DNA of 64,000 nucleotides, taken from the NCBI GenBank assembly GCA_963555995.3, contig OY821641.1:1728001-1792000 (forward strand), read 5' to 3'. The notes under the pieces were generated by a model that worked only from the letters and a program-made list of their open reading frames with translations, searched no databases and had not been told where the DNA came from. Numbering within the stretch: the first letter of the stretch is position 1; each line of letters opens with the position of its first letter. A program made the translations under genes and the position numbers. Below are positions 44,764 to 54,612 of the stretch, in pieces. The DNA comes from Vicinamibacteria bacterium. Its GTDB lineage: Bacteria > Acidobacteriota > Vicinamibacteria > Marinacidobacterales > Marinacidobacteraceae.

Positions 44764-44825
44764 AAGGATACGTCCTCCTTGGGACAGGTGTGGAACGGGC
44801 CGGTTGCCGACTTCACGGTCGCTAA

Positions 44826-45094
44826 CCGCCGTTGGTGGAACTGGCGTGAGCACCGAGACGCCCGCTGGGTCTCGCTGACAAGGCGCGCGAGGGAGGAATA
44901 CCGGGTGTATTCCGACCGAAACGCAACGCAGAGCGCCTCGTAGAGGCGCGGTTCAGGCGGGATGCATCGGCGTTCGCGTCGTGAGCGGGGCGTGAGCCCC
45001 GCGCAGACCCCGGAGCGAGAGGGATAGGGGACGGGTTCACCCGGCTCCTATCCCTCTTGGCTCGGGAATGCCGCGTGACTTTGTCCACAGGCTG
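44826..45094 (+). mobile_element. Family A element with ~90-bp internal insertion
   Basis: Conserved core GAGGGAGGAATACCGGGTGTATTCCGACCGAAACGCAACG, right end TTGTCCACAGGCTG, extra hairpins at about 44970-45065. Confidence 0.8.
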
Positions 45095-46198
45095 TCAAGC
45101 CAATCGGCCGACGAGCGTCCAGATCGGCAGGTACATGGCGATCACGATGGCTCCGATCACCAGGCCCAGGACAAGGATCAACAGCGGCTCGAGGAGCGGC
45201 AGGATCGTGGCCGTCGTCCGCCGCACCTCCTCCTCGTAGAACTCGGCGACCTTCTCGAGCGAGACGTCCAGCTCCCCGGTGCGTTCCCCCACGCCGACCA
45301 TCTGCACCACCATCGGCGGGAAGAGTCCGGTCTGCCGCAGCGGGCCGGCGAGCGACGAGCCCGCCTCCACGCTCGGGCGGACCTCCGCCATGACCCCCTC
45401 CAGGTGCCGGTTTCCCACCGCGCGGCGGGCGATCTCGAGCCCCTCCAGCACGGGCACGCCGGCCTCGGTGAGCACCGAGAGCGTCCTGCAGAAACGGGAG
45501 ATGCCGGCCTGGTGCAGCAGGCCGCCGAGGAGCGGCAGGCGGAGCGCCACCCGGTCGCAGAGGGCGCCCCCGGTCTCGGTCCGCCGGAAGCGCGCCAACC
45601 CCGCCGCGCCGCCGGCCAGGACGCTGGCTCCCGCGAGCGCCCACCCCCCGAACGAGCGGGACGCATCCACCACCACCCGCGTCAGGAGGGGCAACTCGGC
45701 ATCGAGGCCCTCGTAGAGCTCGCTGAACACGGGGACGACGCGCCACAGGATCACCGACACCACCAGCACCCCGATCGCACCGACCACCGCCGGATAGGCA
45801 AAGGCGCCGCGCACCTGCTCGGCCACCGCCGCCGCCTTCTCCAGCTCGGTGGCGAGGCGCAGCAGGCTCCGGTCGAGCCGCCCGCCGGTTTCGCCGATGG
45901 CGGTCATGGCCACCGCCAGCCGGCTGAAGACGCGCGGGTGGCGGCTCATGGCCCCCGCCAGCGAACTGCCCGACTCGACGTCCCGGGCAATCCGTTCCAC
46001 GGTCGTTCGCAGCTTCGGGTGCTCCTCCTGGCGGTAGAGCACCGCCAGGCTCTCGGCGAGCGGCAGCCCCGCTCCCACCATGACGCCCAGTTGGCGCACC
46101 AGGACGGCGACCTTCCGCCGGCCGATGCGGTGGGTCGCGAGCCGGGGGAAACGACGGCGCCGTCCCGGCCCCGGGGGGCTGTTTCTCACCCTCGCCAC
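45095..46198 (-). CDS. pilC: Type IV pilus platform protein (T2SS F family)
   Basis: RQLGVMVGAGLPL, GETGGRLD, AYP, VGERTGELD, LLEP and AMYLP. Confidence 0.92.
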   Translation of the reverse strand: MARVRNSPPGPGRRRRFPRLATHRIGRRKVAVLVRQLGVMVGAGLPLAESLAVLYRQEEHPKLRTTVERIARDVESGSSLAGAMSRHPRVFSRLAVAMTAIGETGGRLDRSLLRLATELEKAAAVAEQVRGAFAYPAVVGAIGVLVVSVILWRVVPVFSELYEGLDAELPLLTRVVVDASRSFGGWALAGASVLAGGAAGLARFRRTETGGALCDRVALRLPLLGGLLHQAGISRFCRTLSVLTEAGVPVLEGLEIARRAVGNRHLEGVMAEVRPSVEAGSSLAGPLRQTGLFPPMVVQMVGVGERTGELDVSLEKVAEFYEEEVRRTTATILPLLEPLLILVLGLVIGAIVIAMYLPIWTLVGRLA

Positions 46199-46210
46199 CG
46201 GTCCCGGAGA

Positions 46211-47338
46211 TCAGGCCCGCCCGTTCGTGGCGGAACCGAGGGCGACCCGCAGCGCTGCCGGTTCGTTCGACGCGGCGAGCGCGTCGCCTCGGGTGACGAT
46301 TCCCTGGCGCCAGAGCGAGAGCAGCGCCTCGTTGAGCGACACCGAGGCGCCCCGCCCGGCGCCGGCGTCGAGCACCGCGAAGAGCTGGTGCAGCTTGTCT
46401 TCCCGGATCAGGTTCCGCGCGGCCGGGGTCGGAGCGAGCTGCTCGACGGCCACGACCCGTCCCCGCCCGTCGGCGCGGGGCACGAGGCGCTGGCAGTAGA
46501 TCGCCTCCAGCGACACCGAGAGCCGAATCCGGGACTGGCGATGCTGGGAAGCGGGAAACATCTCCACGATGCGGGTCAGCGCGTGCAGCGCCGAGCGGGC
46601 GTGGAGGGTCGCCAGCGCCAGGTGTCCGGTCTCGCTGACCCGGAGCGCCGCATCCACGGTGTCGCGGTCCCGAATCTCGCCGATCATCACCACGTCCGGG
46701 TCGGAACGCAGCACCGAACGAAGCGCGTCGTGAAAGGAAGCGGTATCGCTGCCGACCTGCCGCTGGGTGACGAGGGCGCGCCGGTTCCGATGGATGACCT
46801 CGACCGGGTCCTCGATGGTGACGACGTGCACCGCGCGGGTGCGGTTGATCCGGTCCACGATCGCCGCCATCGTGGTGGATTTGCCCGAGCCGACCGGACC
46901 GGCGGTGAGGATCAATCCGGAGGTCAGTCCCGCCAGCGCCGCCGCGCTTGCCGGGAGGCCGAGCGTATCGAGCGACGGCACCTCGCCGGGCACCACCCGG
47001 TAGACCGCCGCGAGCGCCCCGCGACACCGGAACACACTGCCGCGAAAGCGGGCGACGCCCGTCAGCGTGAACGCATAGTCCGCCTCCCCGCCCTGCTCGA
47101 GCAGCGTCCGCTGGCGATCCGGAACACCGGCGGACACGAGCGACTCCACGACGTCCGCGGGCAGCGGTTCCCCTGCCGCCTGGGTGAGCCGGCCGTCGAT
47201 CCGCAACCGGGGCGCGGCGCCCGGACTCAGGTGCAGGTCGCTTCCCCCGCGGCCGACCAGCTCCTTGAGGAGCCGTGCGAGTTCCTCCCGGGGATCCGGC
47301 GGGGGCTGGGGCGGCGAGGCAGGCGGTCCTTCGGGCAT
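46211..47338 (-). CDS. pilT: Type IV pilus retraction ATPase
   Basis: SDLHL, GPVGSGKSTT, TIEDPVE, LRSDPDVVMIGEIRD, TGHL and NLIRE; ATG 47338 chosen as start. Confidence 0.9.
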   Translation of the reverse strand: MPEGPPASPPQPPPDPREELARLLKELVGRGGSDLHLSPGAAPRLRIDGRLTQAAGEPLPADVVESLVSAGVPDRQRTLLEQGGEADYAFTLTGVARFRGSVFRCRGALAAVYRVVPGEVPSLDTLGLPASAAALAGLTSGLILTAGPVGSGKSTTMAAIVDRINRTRAVHVVTIEDPVEVIHRNRRALVTQRQVGSDTASFHDALRSVLRSDPDVVMIGEIRDRDTVDAALRVSETGHLALATLHARSALHALTRIVEMFPASQHRQSRIRLSVSLEAIYCQRLVPRADGRGRVVAVEQLAPTPAARNLIREDKLHQLFAVLDAGAGRGASVSLNEALLSLWRQGIVTRGDALAASNEPAALRVALGSATNGRA

Positions 47339-47611
47339 TCCAAAAGGGTCAGACGAGATTTCCGCCCAATCCCGGTCAAAGTTGTTCGGAGTCGAAAAAA
47401 CACCCTTCGTTGGTCCGGAGGTTGCTTGCTCCCGCCGCCGCTCGATCCGGAGGGGGCTGCGGAAGGTCGGAGACCGGCTGGTACGCTTCGGACATGGCAT
47501 GGGAGCAGGGGCCGGGCGCGTTCCGTCCCCCGGACCGGGAGAGCCGGCGCCAGCGCCGTCTCCGCCCCTCCCGGTCCCCGTTCGATCTCGCCACGGAGGC
47601 ATCAAGCGGTC

Positions 47612-48148
47612 GTGTTCAACAATCCTTTTGGCTCATTTCACAACACCGTCGCCGAAGCAAAGGAAGAACGTGAACAACTCGACCGGCTGCTGACCGTTTC
47701 CACTCCGCGGGAACGGCTGCTCGTCGGGGCCATCGCTCTCCTGCTGCTGGGCTTCTCCGCCTGGCTCTTCCTGGGCGCCGTGTCCCGCAGCCTCGCGGTG
47801 GACGCCGTCGTGGTGGAGCCCGGCGGGACCCGGTCGCTGCAGGCGCTCGTCCGGATCGAACCCGGGATCGCGCCGCACATCAGGGCCGGGATGCCGGCGC
47901 GTATCGAACTGATCGTTGCCGACGGCGAAGCGGAGACACTGGCCGGAGAGATCACGACCATCTCCGCCGTTCCCCTGTCCGAGGGGCTGGGCGCGCTCGC
48001 CTCCGTCGCGGCCGTGTCCGCGTACCGCGTCCACATCGCGATCGAGGAGGGGCTCGCTCTCGCCCCCCGCGCGGGCCAGGAATGCCGGATCGTCATCGAA
48101 CTCGGCCGGCAGGCGCCCATCGCCCTGCTGCGAATGAGGCGCTTCTGA
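47612..48148 (+). CDS. Shortened NHLP-system secretion (HlyD-like) protein
   Basis: GGAGG RBS before GTG; EQLDRLLTVSTP plus a TM helix typical of NHLM secretion protein N-termini; C-terminal IELGRQAPIALL; only 178 aa. Confidence 0.7.
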   Translation: MFNNPFGSFHNTVAEAKEEREQLDRLLTVSTPRERLLVGAIALLLLGFSAWLFLGAVSRSLAVDAVVVEPGGTRSLQALVRIEPGIAPHIRAGMPARIELIVADGEAETLAGEITTISAVPLSEGLGALASVAAVSAYRVHIAIEEGLALAPRAGQECRIVIELGRQAPIALLRMRRF

Positions 48149-48149
48149 C

Positions 48150-50360
48150 ATGCCGCCCCGCGCTCTGGGGGGAACCGGCGCCAAAGGCCCGCCGGACTCG
48201 CCAAAACAGCGCGTAGCCACGCCGATTCTGCTGCAGATGCACGCCTCGGAGTGCGGGGCCGCCTGCCTCGGGAGCGTCCTCGGCTACTTCGGCCGCTGGG
48301 TGCCGCTCACCGAACTGCGGGAGAAATGCGAGGTGAGCCGGGACGGGAGCAACGCCGCGAGCATCCTGCGCGCCGCCCGACACTACGGTCTCGAATGCGG
48401 TGGACTCAGCCTGCGCGGCGAGCAACTGAAACGGCTGGAGTTGCCGCTGATCCTGTTCTGGCAGTTCAGCCATTTCGTCGTCCTCGAGGGATTCGACGGC
48501 GGCAGCTTCTACCTCAACGACCCCTCCACGGGGCGACGCAAGCTCTCCGCCGACGAGTTCCATGGCGGCTACAGCGGCATCGCGCTTCGATTCAAGCGCG
48601 GCGACGGTTTCACCACCGGCGGCGAACCGCGCAGCCTGTTCCGGCAGTTGGGCGTGCTGCTCGCCGGATCCTGGAGCGTGCTCACCGGCCTGACTGCCTG
48701 CGCGCTCATGCTGACCCTGCTCGCGCTGGTCATTCCCGGAGTTCTCGGCGTTTTCGTGGACGACGTGCTGGAGAACCGGGGGCCCGTGGGCGGACTGGTG
48801 GCCGCCCTGCTGGGCGGCGGGATCCTGGTCTATGTCCTGTCCCTGCTCAAGCACCGCTTCCTGAAGCGGCTCGCCGTCCGGATTTCCGTGGCCGGCTACA
48901 GCCGGGGCGTGTCCCGGCTGCTGCGGTTGCCGGTTGCGTTCTTCGAGCACCGGTTGGTAGGCGACCTGACGGACCGGGTCTCGTCCATAGACCGGGTCGC
49001 GAAGAACCTGACGGACCAGTTCCTGGTGCTGCTCATTGACATGGCCATGAGCGCGGTGCTGCTCCTCGCCATGTTGGCCTACGACGGGTTGCTGACGCTG
49101 ATCGTGTTGGCCCTGGCGGTCCTCCACGGCGCGCTGGCCCACCTGCTCAACGGCGTCCAGGCCATTCGCACCCGAGCGATGCGGCGCGAACAGGGACTGC
49201 TGATCGGCGTCGGTATGCAGATGTTGGGTCATGCCGGCAACCTGCGCATGACGGGAGCGGACGACCGTTTCTTTGCGCGCTGGAGCGGTCAGCAGGCGCG
49301 TGAACTGCGCGCGCGACAACTCTGTGCGGAAGTGGGCGCCGTCCATGCCGCGCTTCCGGGGCTGGTCGCCGGACTGCGCAGTGCGGCGATCCTGGGCATC
49401 GGAGGGAGTCTGGTCCTCGACGGCGCCATGACCCTGGGGACGCTGGTCGGCTTCTATGTCCTGGCCGAGATGTTTCTGGCGCCCATCGGCCGCTTCCTGG
49501 AGTTCGCCGACGGGCGCCAGGCGCTCGAAACCGATCTGCAACGGCTGGACGACATCTCCAGGACCGAGGAAGATCCCGTCTTCCGCCGGCGAAGTCCGGA
49601 ATCGGAATCCATCCCCACGTTCCAGGGTCGGCTCCAACTGACCGGCCGGCTCGAACTGCGGGACATCACCTTCGGTTTCAACAGGGGCCGGCCACCCCTG
49701 ATCAAGAACTTCAACCTCGTGATCAAGCCCGGCCAGCGAGTCGCCGTGGTCGGTCCCAGTGGTTCCGGCAAATCAACCTTGGCGCGCCTGGTCTCGGGTA
49801 TCCATCAGCCCTGGTCGGGTGAAATCCTGTTCGATGGCCACCGGCGGGACGAGATTCCCGAGGAAGTGCTGCAGCAGTCCATTTCCATGGTGGATCAGGA
49901 GGTCGTGCTGTTTTCCGCGTCGCTGCGCGACAACATCACGCTGTGGAACCCGGCCGTTCCGGATGAAGCCGTCTTCGCGGCCACCCGGGATGCGCGGATC
50001 CATGACGAAATCCTGGTCAGGCCGCACGGGTTCGCGACCCTCGTTGAAGAAGGCGGCGCGAATTTCAGCGGCGGCCAGCGCCAACGACTGGAAATCGCGC
50101 GAGCGCTGGTGGGCCATCCGACGGTGCTCGTTCTGGACGAGGCGACCAGCGCCCTCGATGCGGCAACCGAGGAAGATGTGGACGATGCCCTGCGGCGACG
50201 GGGCGTCACCTGCCTGATCGTGGCCCACCGGCTGAGCACCGTGCGGGACTGCGACCAAATCATCGTGCTCGACAAGGGCGCCGAAGTGCAGCGCGGCACG
50301 CACGACGCCTTGATCGCCGATCTGGACGGCACGTATTCCAGGCTGGTCAGGACCGGCTGA
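48150..50360 (+). CDS. NHLP-family peptidase-containing ABC transporter (C39 + TMD + NBD)
   Basis: QMHASECGAACL (catalytic Cys), HFVVLEG (His), NDP, GPSGSGKST, FSGGQRQR and LDEATS. Confidence 0.93.
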   Translation: MPPRALGGTGAKGPPDSPKQRVATPILLQMHASECGAACLGSVLGYFGRWVPLTELREKCEVSRDGSNAASILRAARHYGLECGGLSLRGEQLKRLELPLILFWQFSHFVVLEGFDGGSFYLNDPSTGRRKLSADEFHGGYSGIALRFKRGDGFTTGGEPRSLFRQLGVLLAGSWSVLTGLTACALMLTLLALVIPGVLGVFVDDVLENRGPVGGLVAALLGGGILVYVLSLLKHRFLKRLAVRISVAGYSRGVSRLLRLPVAFFEHRLVGDLTDRVSSIDRVAKNLTDQFLVLLIDMAMSAVLLLAMLAYDGLLTLIVLALAVLHGALAHLLNGVQAIRTRAMRREQGLLIGVGMQMLGHAGNLRMTGADDRFFARWSGQQARELRARQLCAEVGAVHAALPGLVAGLRSAAILGIGGSLVLDGAMTLGTLVGFYVLAEMFLAPIGRFLEFADGRQALETDLQRLDDISRTEEDPVFRRRSPESESIPTFQGRLQLTGRLELRDITFGFNRGRPPLIKNFNLVIKPGQRVAVVGPSGSGKSTLARLVSGIHQPWSGEILFDGHRRDEIPEEVLQQSISMVDQEVVLFSASLRDNITLWNPAVPDEAVFAATRDARIHDEILVRPHGFATLVEEGGANFSGGQRQRLEIARALVGHPTVLVLDEATSALDAATEEDVDDALRRRGVTCLIVAHRLSTVRDCDQIIVLDKGAEVQRGTHDALIADLDGTYSRLVRTG

Positions 50361-53302
50361 TGCAGGACACGAGGCCGGCATACCCAACGCTGGCGGCACT
50401 CGCGGCTCGCGCGGGTACGTCCGTACCCTGCGCCGGCAACCTGCCGGTGAAACTCGACGACCCGGACGGCGTCTGGTTCATCGAACGGGGTTCGGTCCAT
50501 CTGTTCGTGGTCGAACTCGAGGACGGGGAGGAGTGCGCGGCGCCCCAACATCTGCTGCGTCGAGAAGCGGGCTGGCTGCTGCCGGGCGTCGCGCCGAGCG
50601 GAGGAGAAGATGACGAAGGCACGACGCTCAGCCTGATCGCCAAGGGGTTGCCGGGCACCCTGCTGAAGCGCCTGCCGGCGTCCCTGCTCTCGGAGCTGGA
50701 TCCGGCAGAACTGGCGGAACAGACGGACACCTGGTTGACCGCCGTCACCGACACGCTCGCCCGCTTCGCGGCCCGCCTGCCGCGGGCGACCGCGCTGGCC
50801 GAACCCGGCCGGACGCGGACCCTGGCGCCCGGCACGGTTTCCGTACGGCGGGGGGTGGTCTGGGTGTCCGGTCCGCCGCGCGGCGCCAGCCTGTTCATGG
50901 GGATCGTGGACCCGCTGGAATTCGCCGGGACGAGCGACCGGGAGGAAGCTCCGATGCCGTTGACGCGGACGAGCTGGCTCAGCCTGTTCGACGAGGCGAC
51001 CCTTGCCGGCGAATCCACCGCGTCCCTGGTGCGGCAAGGCATGCTGCTGCCCGCGCTCGCCGCCTTTCATGCGGTGGCGTTCTCCCTCGAACGCCACAAC
51101 CGGCGACTGGCCACGGTTGATGACGCGAATCTGGAACGCGCGCGGACGAGCAGTCGCCGCCGGGCCGCGAGGACGGCGCGGGAGCGGCTCTTCAACATCT
51201 ATGACCTTCCGACGGGCCGGGATGCCGGGGTCGAGGACAGGGCGCTGGCGGATGCCCTTCAGATCATCGGCCGCCGCGAAGGAATCGCGTTCCGGATTCC
51301 CGCGCGCTCAGCGCATTCGGATTCGCCGCTCAGCCTGTTGGACGTCCTCGATGCCTCCGGGGTCCGCGCCCGGCGCGTGCGCTTCAAGGCCGAGGGCGAC
51401 TGGTGGCACGGCGACAGCAACGCGCTGCTGGCGTTCCGAGCCGAGGACGGCCGGCCCGTAGCGCTCCTGCCGGGACTCTTCGGCCGCTACCGGGAAGTGG
51501 ATCCGGTCAGCAAGCGACGGGGCCGGATCAACGCGGACCGCGCCGCCGCGCTGGGCGAGGAAGCCTGGATGTTCTATCGGCCCTTCCCCTCGGGCAACGT
51601 CGAGCCGGCGGACCTGCTGCGAACGGCTCTCCATGGATCGGGCGTGGACCTCGCGCGGCTGGTGATCGCCGGGCTTCCCGGCGGTCTGATCAAGCTGGCG
51701 CCGGCGCTCGGGCTCGGATTCGTGGCGCACCAGGTCACGGCGGGCGGAACCGCCGGAGCGCTCTATGCCGTGGCCGCGACGGTGGCGGCGTTCGGCCTGC
51801 TCGGCGCGCTGCTCCACCTGCTGCAGAGCACGGCGATGATGCGGCTCGAGGGACGGTCGGCGTCGCGGGTGGAAGCCGCTTTCTGGGACCGCCTCATGCG
51901 GCTCTCGCCAAGCATCCTGCGGCGCCATCCGGCCGGCGACCTCGCCATGTCGGGAATGACGTTCCAGAACCTGCGCGACGGCCTGCGGGGGATCGTCGCC
52001 GACAGCCTGCTGTCGGTCCTTTTCCTGCTTCCGGTGCTCGGCGTCATCTTCTTCTACGACACCGGTCTCGGGGCCATTGCCCTCGGTTTCAGCCTGGTGT
52101 CGCTGCTGATCACCGCAGTCCTGGGCTGGCGCCAGATTGCGCCCTACGGGCGGATGGTCGCTACCGCCCGCCGCGTAGCCGGCCGGCTCTTCCAGATCGT
52201 GGGCGGGATCACCAAGCTGCGGGTGGAGAGCGCCGAAGGCTCGGCGTTCGCGGTCTGGGCGCAGGACTATCGCGAGCAGAAACGCGCGGAACTCGACCTG
52301 AGCGCGCTCGAAGGACACTCCCGAGCCTTCGGCGCCGCGCTTCCCTTTCTCGCCGGCGGGGTTCTGCTCTTCGCCGTGGTGGCGCTGGGCGACCGGAACG
52401 TCCCGGTCGGCGACTTCCTGGTCGTGTACACCGTCTTCATCGCTTTCCAGTCCGCGGTGGCCCAACTCGCCGAATCCTTCGGCGCCATCGCCGCCATGGC
52501 GCCGGCGTTCCGGCAGATGCGTCCCCTGCTCACCACGGTTCCCGAAACCGAGGGCGAGGGAGAGCCCGTTGACCACCTGGGGGGCGAGGTCCTCTTCGAC
52601 CGCGTTTCCTTCCGCTACGACCCGGACGGACCCCTGATTCTCGACGACGTCACCCTTCGCGCCCGTCCCGGCGAATTCGTCGCGATCACCGGTGAGTCCG
52701 GCGCGGGCAAGAGCACCCTGTTCCGGCTCGCGCTCGGCATTGACCGGCCCAGCGCCGGGGCCGTGTACTTCGACGGACGCGATCTGCGGCACCTGAACCT
52801 GAAGCAGGTGCGCCGGCAGATCGGCGCCGTACCGCAATCCGTCAAGCTCCATCCCCTCGACCTCTGGGACAACCTGGTCAGTCACCACGAAGGCGTGACG
52901 AACGAGGAAGTGTGGAAAGCGGTCCGGGTGGCCCAGGTCGAAGCCGAAATCAAGAGTATGCCCATGGGTCTGATGACCATGGTGGGCACCAGCGGGGCGG
53001 TCCTGTCGGGCGGCGAAAGCCAGCGCGTCACCATCGCTCGCTCGGTGATCGGCAGTCCGCGCATCATGCTGTTCGACGAGGCGACCAACTGGCTCGACAA
53101 CGAAAGCCAGGCAAAGGTCATGGAGAACCTCGCCGCCCTGACCTCCACGCGGCTCGTGATCGCCCACCGCCTGTCCACGCTGGAAGCGGCCGACCGCATC
53201 TACGTCCTGAAGGCCGGCAAGGTGGTCGAGAGCGGCTCCTTCACCGAACTCATGGAAGCCGAGGGAGCATTCCAGGAACTGATCAAGAGGCAGATCGCTT
53301 GA
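50360..53302 (+). CDS. NHLP-system second ABC transporter permease/ATPase with N-terminal cNMP-like domain
   Basis: LDDPDGVWFIERG N-domain, ASGVRARRV, GESGAGKST, LSGGESQR and FDEAT. Confidence 0.9.
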   Translation: MQDTRPAYPTLAALAARAGTSVPCAGNLPVKLDDPDGVWFIERGSVHLFVVELEDGEECAAPQHLLRREAGWLLPGVAPSGGEDDEGTTLSLIAKGLPGTLLKRLPASLLSELDPAELAEQTDTWLTAVTDTLARFAARLPRATALAEPGRTRTLAPGTVSVRRGVVWVSGPPRGASLFMGIVDPLEFAGTSDREEAPMPLTRTSWLSLFDEATLAGESTASLVRQGMLLPALAAFHAVAFSLERHNRRLATVDDANLERARTSSRRRAARTARERLFNIYDLPTGRDAGVEDRALADALQIIGRREGIAFRIPARSAHSDSPLSLLDVLDASGVRARRVRFKAEGDWWHGDSNALLAFRAEDGRPVALLPGLFGRYREVDPVSKRRGRINADRAAALGEEAWMFYRPFPSGNVEPADLLRTALHGSGVDLARLVIAGLPGGLIKLAPALGLGFVAHQVTAGGTAGALYAVAATVAAFGLLGALLHLLQSTAMMRLEGRSASRVEAAFWDRLMRLSPSILRRHPAGDLAMSGMTFQNLRDGLRGIVADSLLSVLFLLPVLGVIFFYDTGLGAIALGFSLVSLLITAVLGWRQIAPYGRMVATARRVAGRLFQIVGGITKLRVESAEGSAFAVWAQDYREQKRAELDLSALEGHSRAFGAALPFLAGGVLLFAVVALGDRNVPVGDFLVVYTVFIAFQSAVAQLAESFGAIAAMAPAFRQMRPLLTTVPETEGEGEPVDHLGGEVLFDRVSFRYDPDGPLILDDVTLRARPGEFVAITGESGAGKSTLFRLALGIDRPSAGAVYFDGRDLRHLNLKQVRRQIGAVPQSVKLHPLDLWDNLVSHHEGVTNEEVWKAVRVAQVEAEIKSMPMGLMTMVGTSGAVLSGGESQRVTIARSVIGSPRIMLFDEATNWLDNESQAKVMENLAALTSTRLVIAHRLSTLEAADRIYVLKAGKVVESGSFTELMEAEGAFQELIKRQIA

Positions 53303-54606
53303 CGTCCATCAAGAAACCGACGGACGTCGCCGACTCTCTCCTCGCGAGAGCCGCCGAGGACAGCGACTTTCGCGGACGCCTGCTAGCGGAACCCAACGCG
53401 ACGGTGGAAACGGAACTCGGCGTGCGGCTTCCCGCCGGCCACGAGATTCACGTGCACGAGGAGTCCTATGCGGAGACCCACCTGGTGCTTCCGCCGCGCA
53501 GCAGACTCACCGCGGCCGAACGGCAGGAGGCGCAGACGGGCGCGGCGTCGCTCGCGTTTCTCAGGAAGACGCTCCACGACCCCGCGCCGCCGCTGCGTCC
53601 CCCGGCCCCCAGGCGGGCGTGGGCCCACCCGGGCGCGAGTCCCGCGGCCCTCGCGGAAGCGGCGCGGACGAGCATCCGCCGGGGTCTCGATTTCCTCGAG
53701 TCCACGACCGACGCGAACGGGGCGTTTCACTGCATCCGGTTCAACGTCGCCGATCCGGACATTCCACGGCATTTCGAACGGCCGCCCTTCGTTTCGGCCT
53801 TCTGCGCACTGGCCCTCGAACGCTGCGCCGACGCGCGGGCCCGGGCCATGTGCGCCGCCGCCCGGGCCTACCTGGCCGACACCATCGAACATCCCGGTTT
53901 GTGGCGGTACTACCGCCATCTCCCCCAGGACCTCGACAGCACGGCGCTCGCCTCCATGGTCACCGGGACCCACCCCTGGATCCTGCTGGGGAAGAACGTG
54001 CCGCCGATCCTGGCGAATCGCGACGAGGAAGGCCGTTTCCTGACCTGGGTGCTCGCGGCAGACGAACCGGACGTGGTGTCCACGTTCCGCATCGAAGCCG
54101 ACCCGGTGGTCAATGCGAACGTCATCGCCTACCTTGGCGACCATCCGGAAACCAGGGATGCGCGGCGCTGGCTGGAACGTCTCATCGCCGAAGGCAACGT
54201 CGAGGGCGCATCCAAGTGGTACCCCGACCGGGTCGCGACCTACTACGCGGCGGCGCGGGCGGCGGCGCGCGTCCGGCCGGCGCTGGACCCGCTGCGGCCG
54301 CACCTCGCGGACCGCATCCTGGAGCTCCGTGACGACCGGGGCGAGTTCGGCAACGTCCTGCAGACCGCCCAGGCGGTGTCGGCGCTCCACGACGTCGGTG
54401 GCCTGGAGCGCGTTGACGCGCATCGCCAGGTGGAAGCGCTGGTGGGTTCGCAACACGAGGACGGGAGTTGGCCGGAGCTGCTCGCGTTCGGTGACCAGAC
54501 GCTGAAGTGGGGCGCGGTAGGGCAGATCGGGCATGGGTCGGAAGCCGTGACCTCCGCGTTAAGCATCGAAGCGCTGGAGCGGCTCGTCGAAGTCCTGAAC
54601 GCTTGA
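53299..54606 (+). CDS. NHLP leader domain fused to a class II terpene cyclase/prenyltransferase-like alpha-barrel domain
   Basis: TTGA coupling with AAGAGG upstream. Residues 4-81 align ungapped to the precursor leader; then PQDLDSTA, DPVVNANV and the QW motif QHEDGSW. Confidence 0.75.
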   Translation: MTSIKKPTDVADSLLARAAEDSDFRGRLLAEPNATVETELGVRLPAGHEIHVHEESYAETHLVLPPRSRLTAAERQEAQTGAASLAFLRKTLHDPAPPLRPPAPRRAWAHPGASPAALAEAARTSIRRGLDFLESTTDANGAFHCIRFNVADPDIPRHFERPPFVSAFCALALERCADARARAMCAAARAYLADTIEHPGLWRYYRHLPQDLDSTALASMVTGTHPWILLGKNVPPILANRDEEGRFLTWVLAADEPDVVSTFRIEADPVVNANVIAYLGDHPETRDARRWLERLIAEGNVEGASKWYPDRVATYYAAARAAARVRPALDPLRPHLADRILELRDDRGEFGNVLQTAQAVSALHDVGGLERVDAHRQVEALVGSQHEDGSWPELLAFGDQTLKWGAVGQIGHGSEAVTSALSIEALERLVEVLNA

Positions 54607-54612
54607 CCGCCT

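Noticed and set aside
45068-47611. N-terminal 848 aa of the 1026-aa + ORF
   Set aside because: Antisense shadow of pilC/pilT; only 47612-48148 has an RBS and recognisable motifs.
52912-53298. Upstream extension of the fusion-enzyme ORF
   Set aside because: Overlaps the ABC transporter in another frame; TTG 53299 has an RBS and stop-start coupling.
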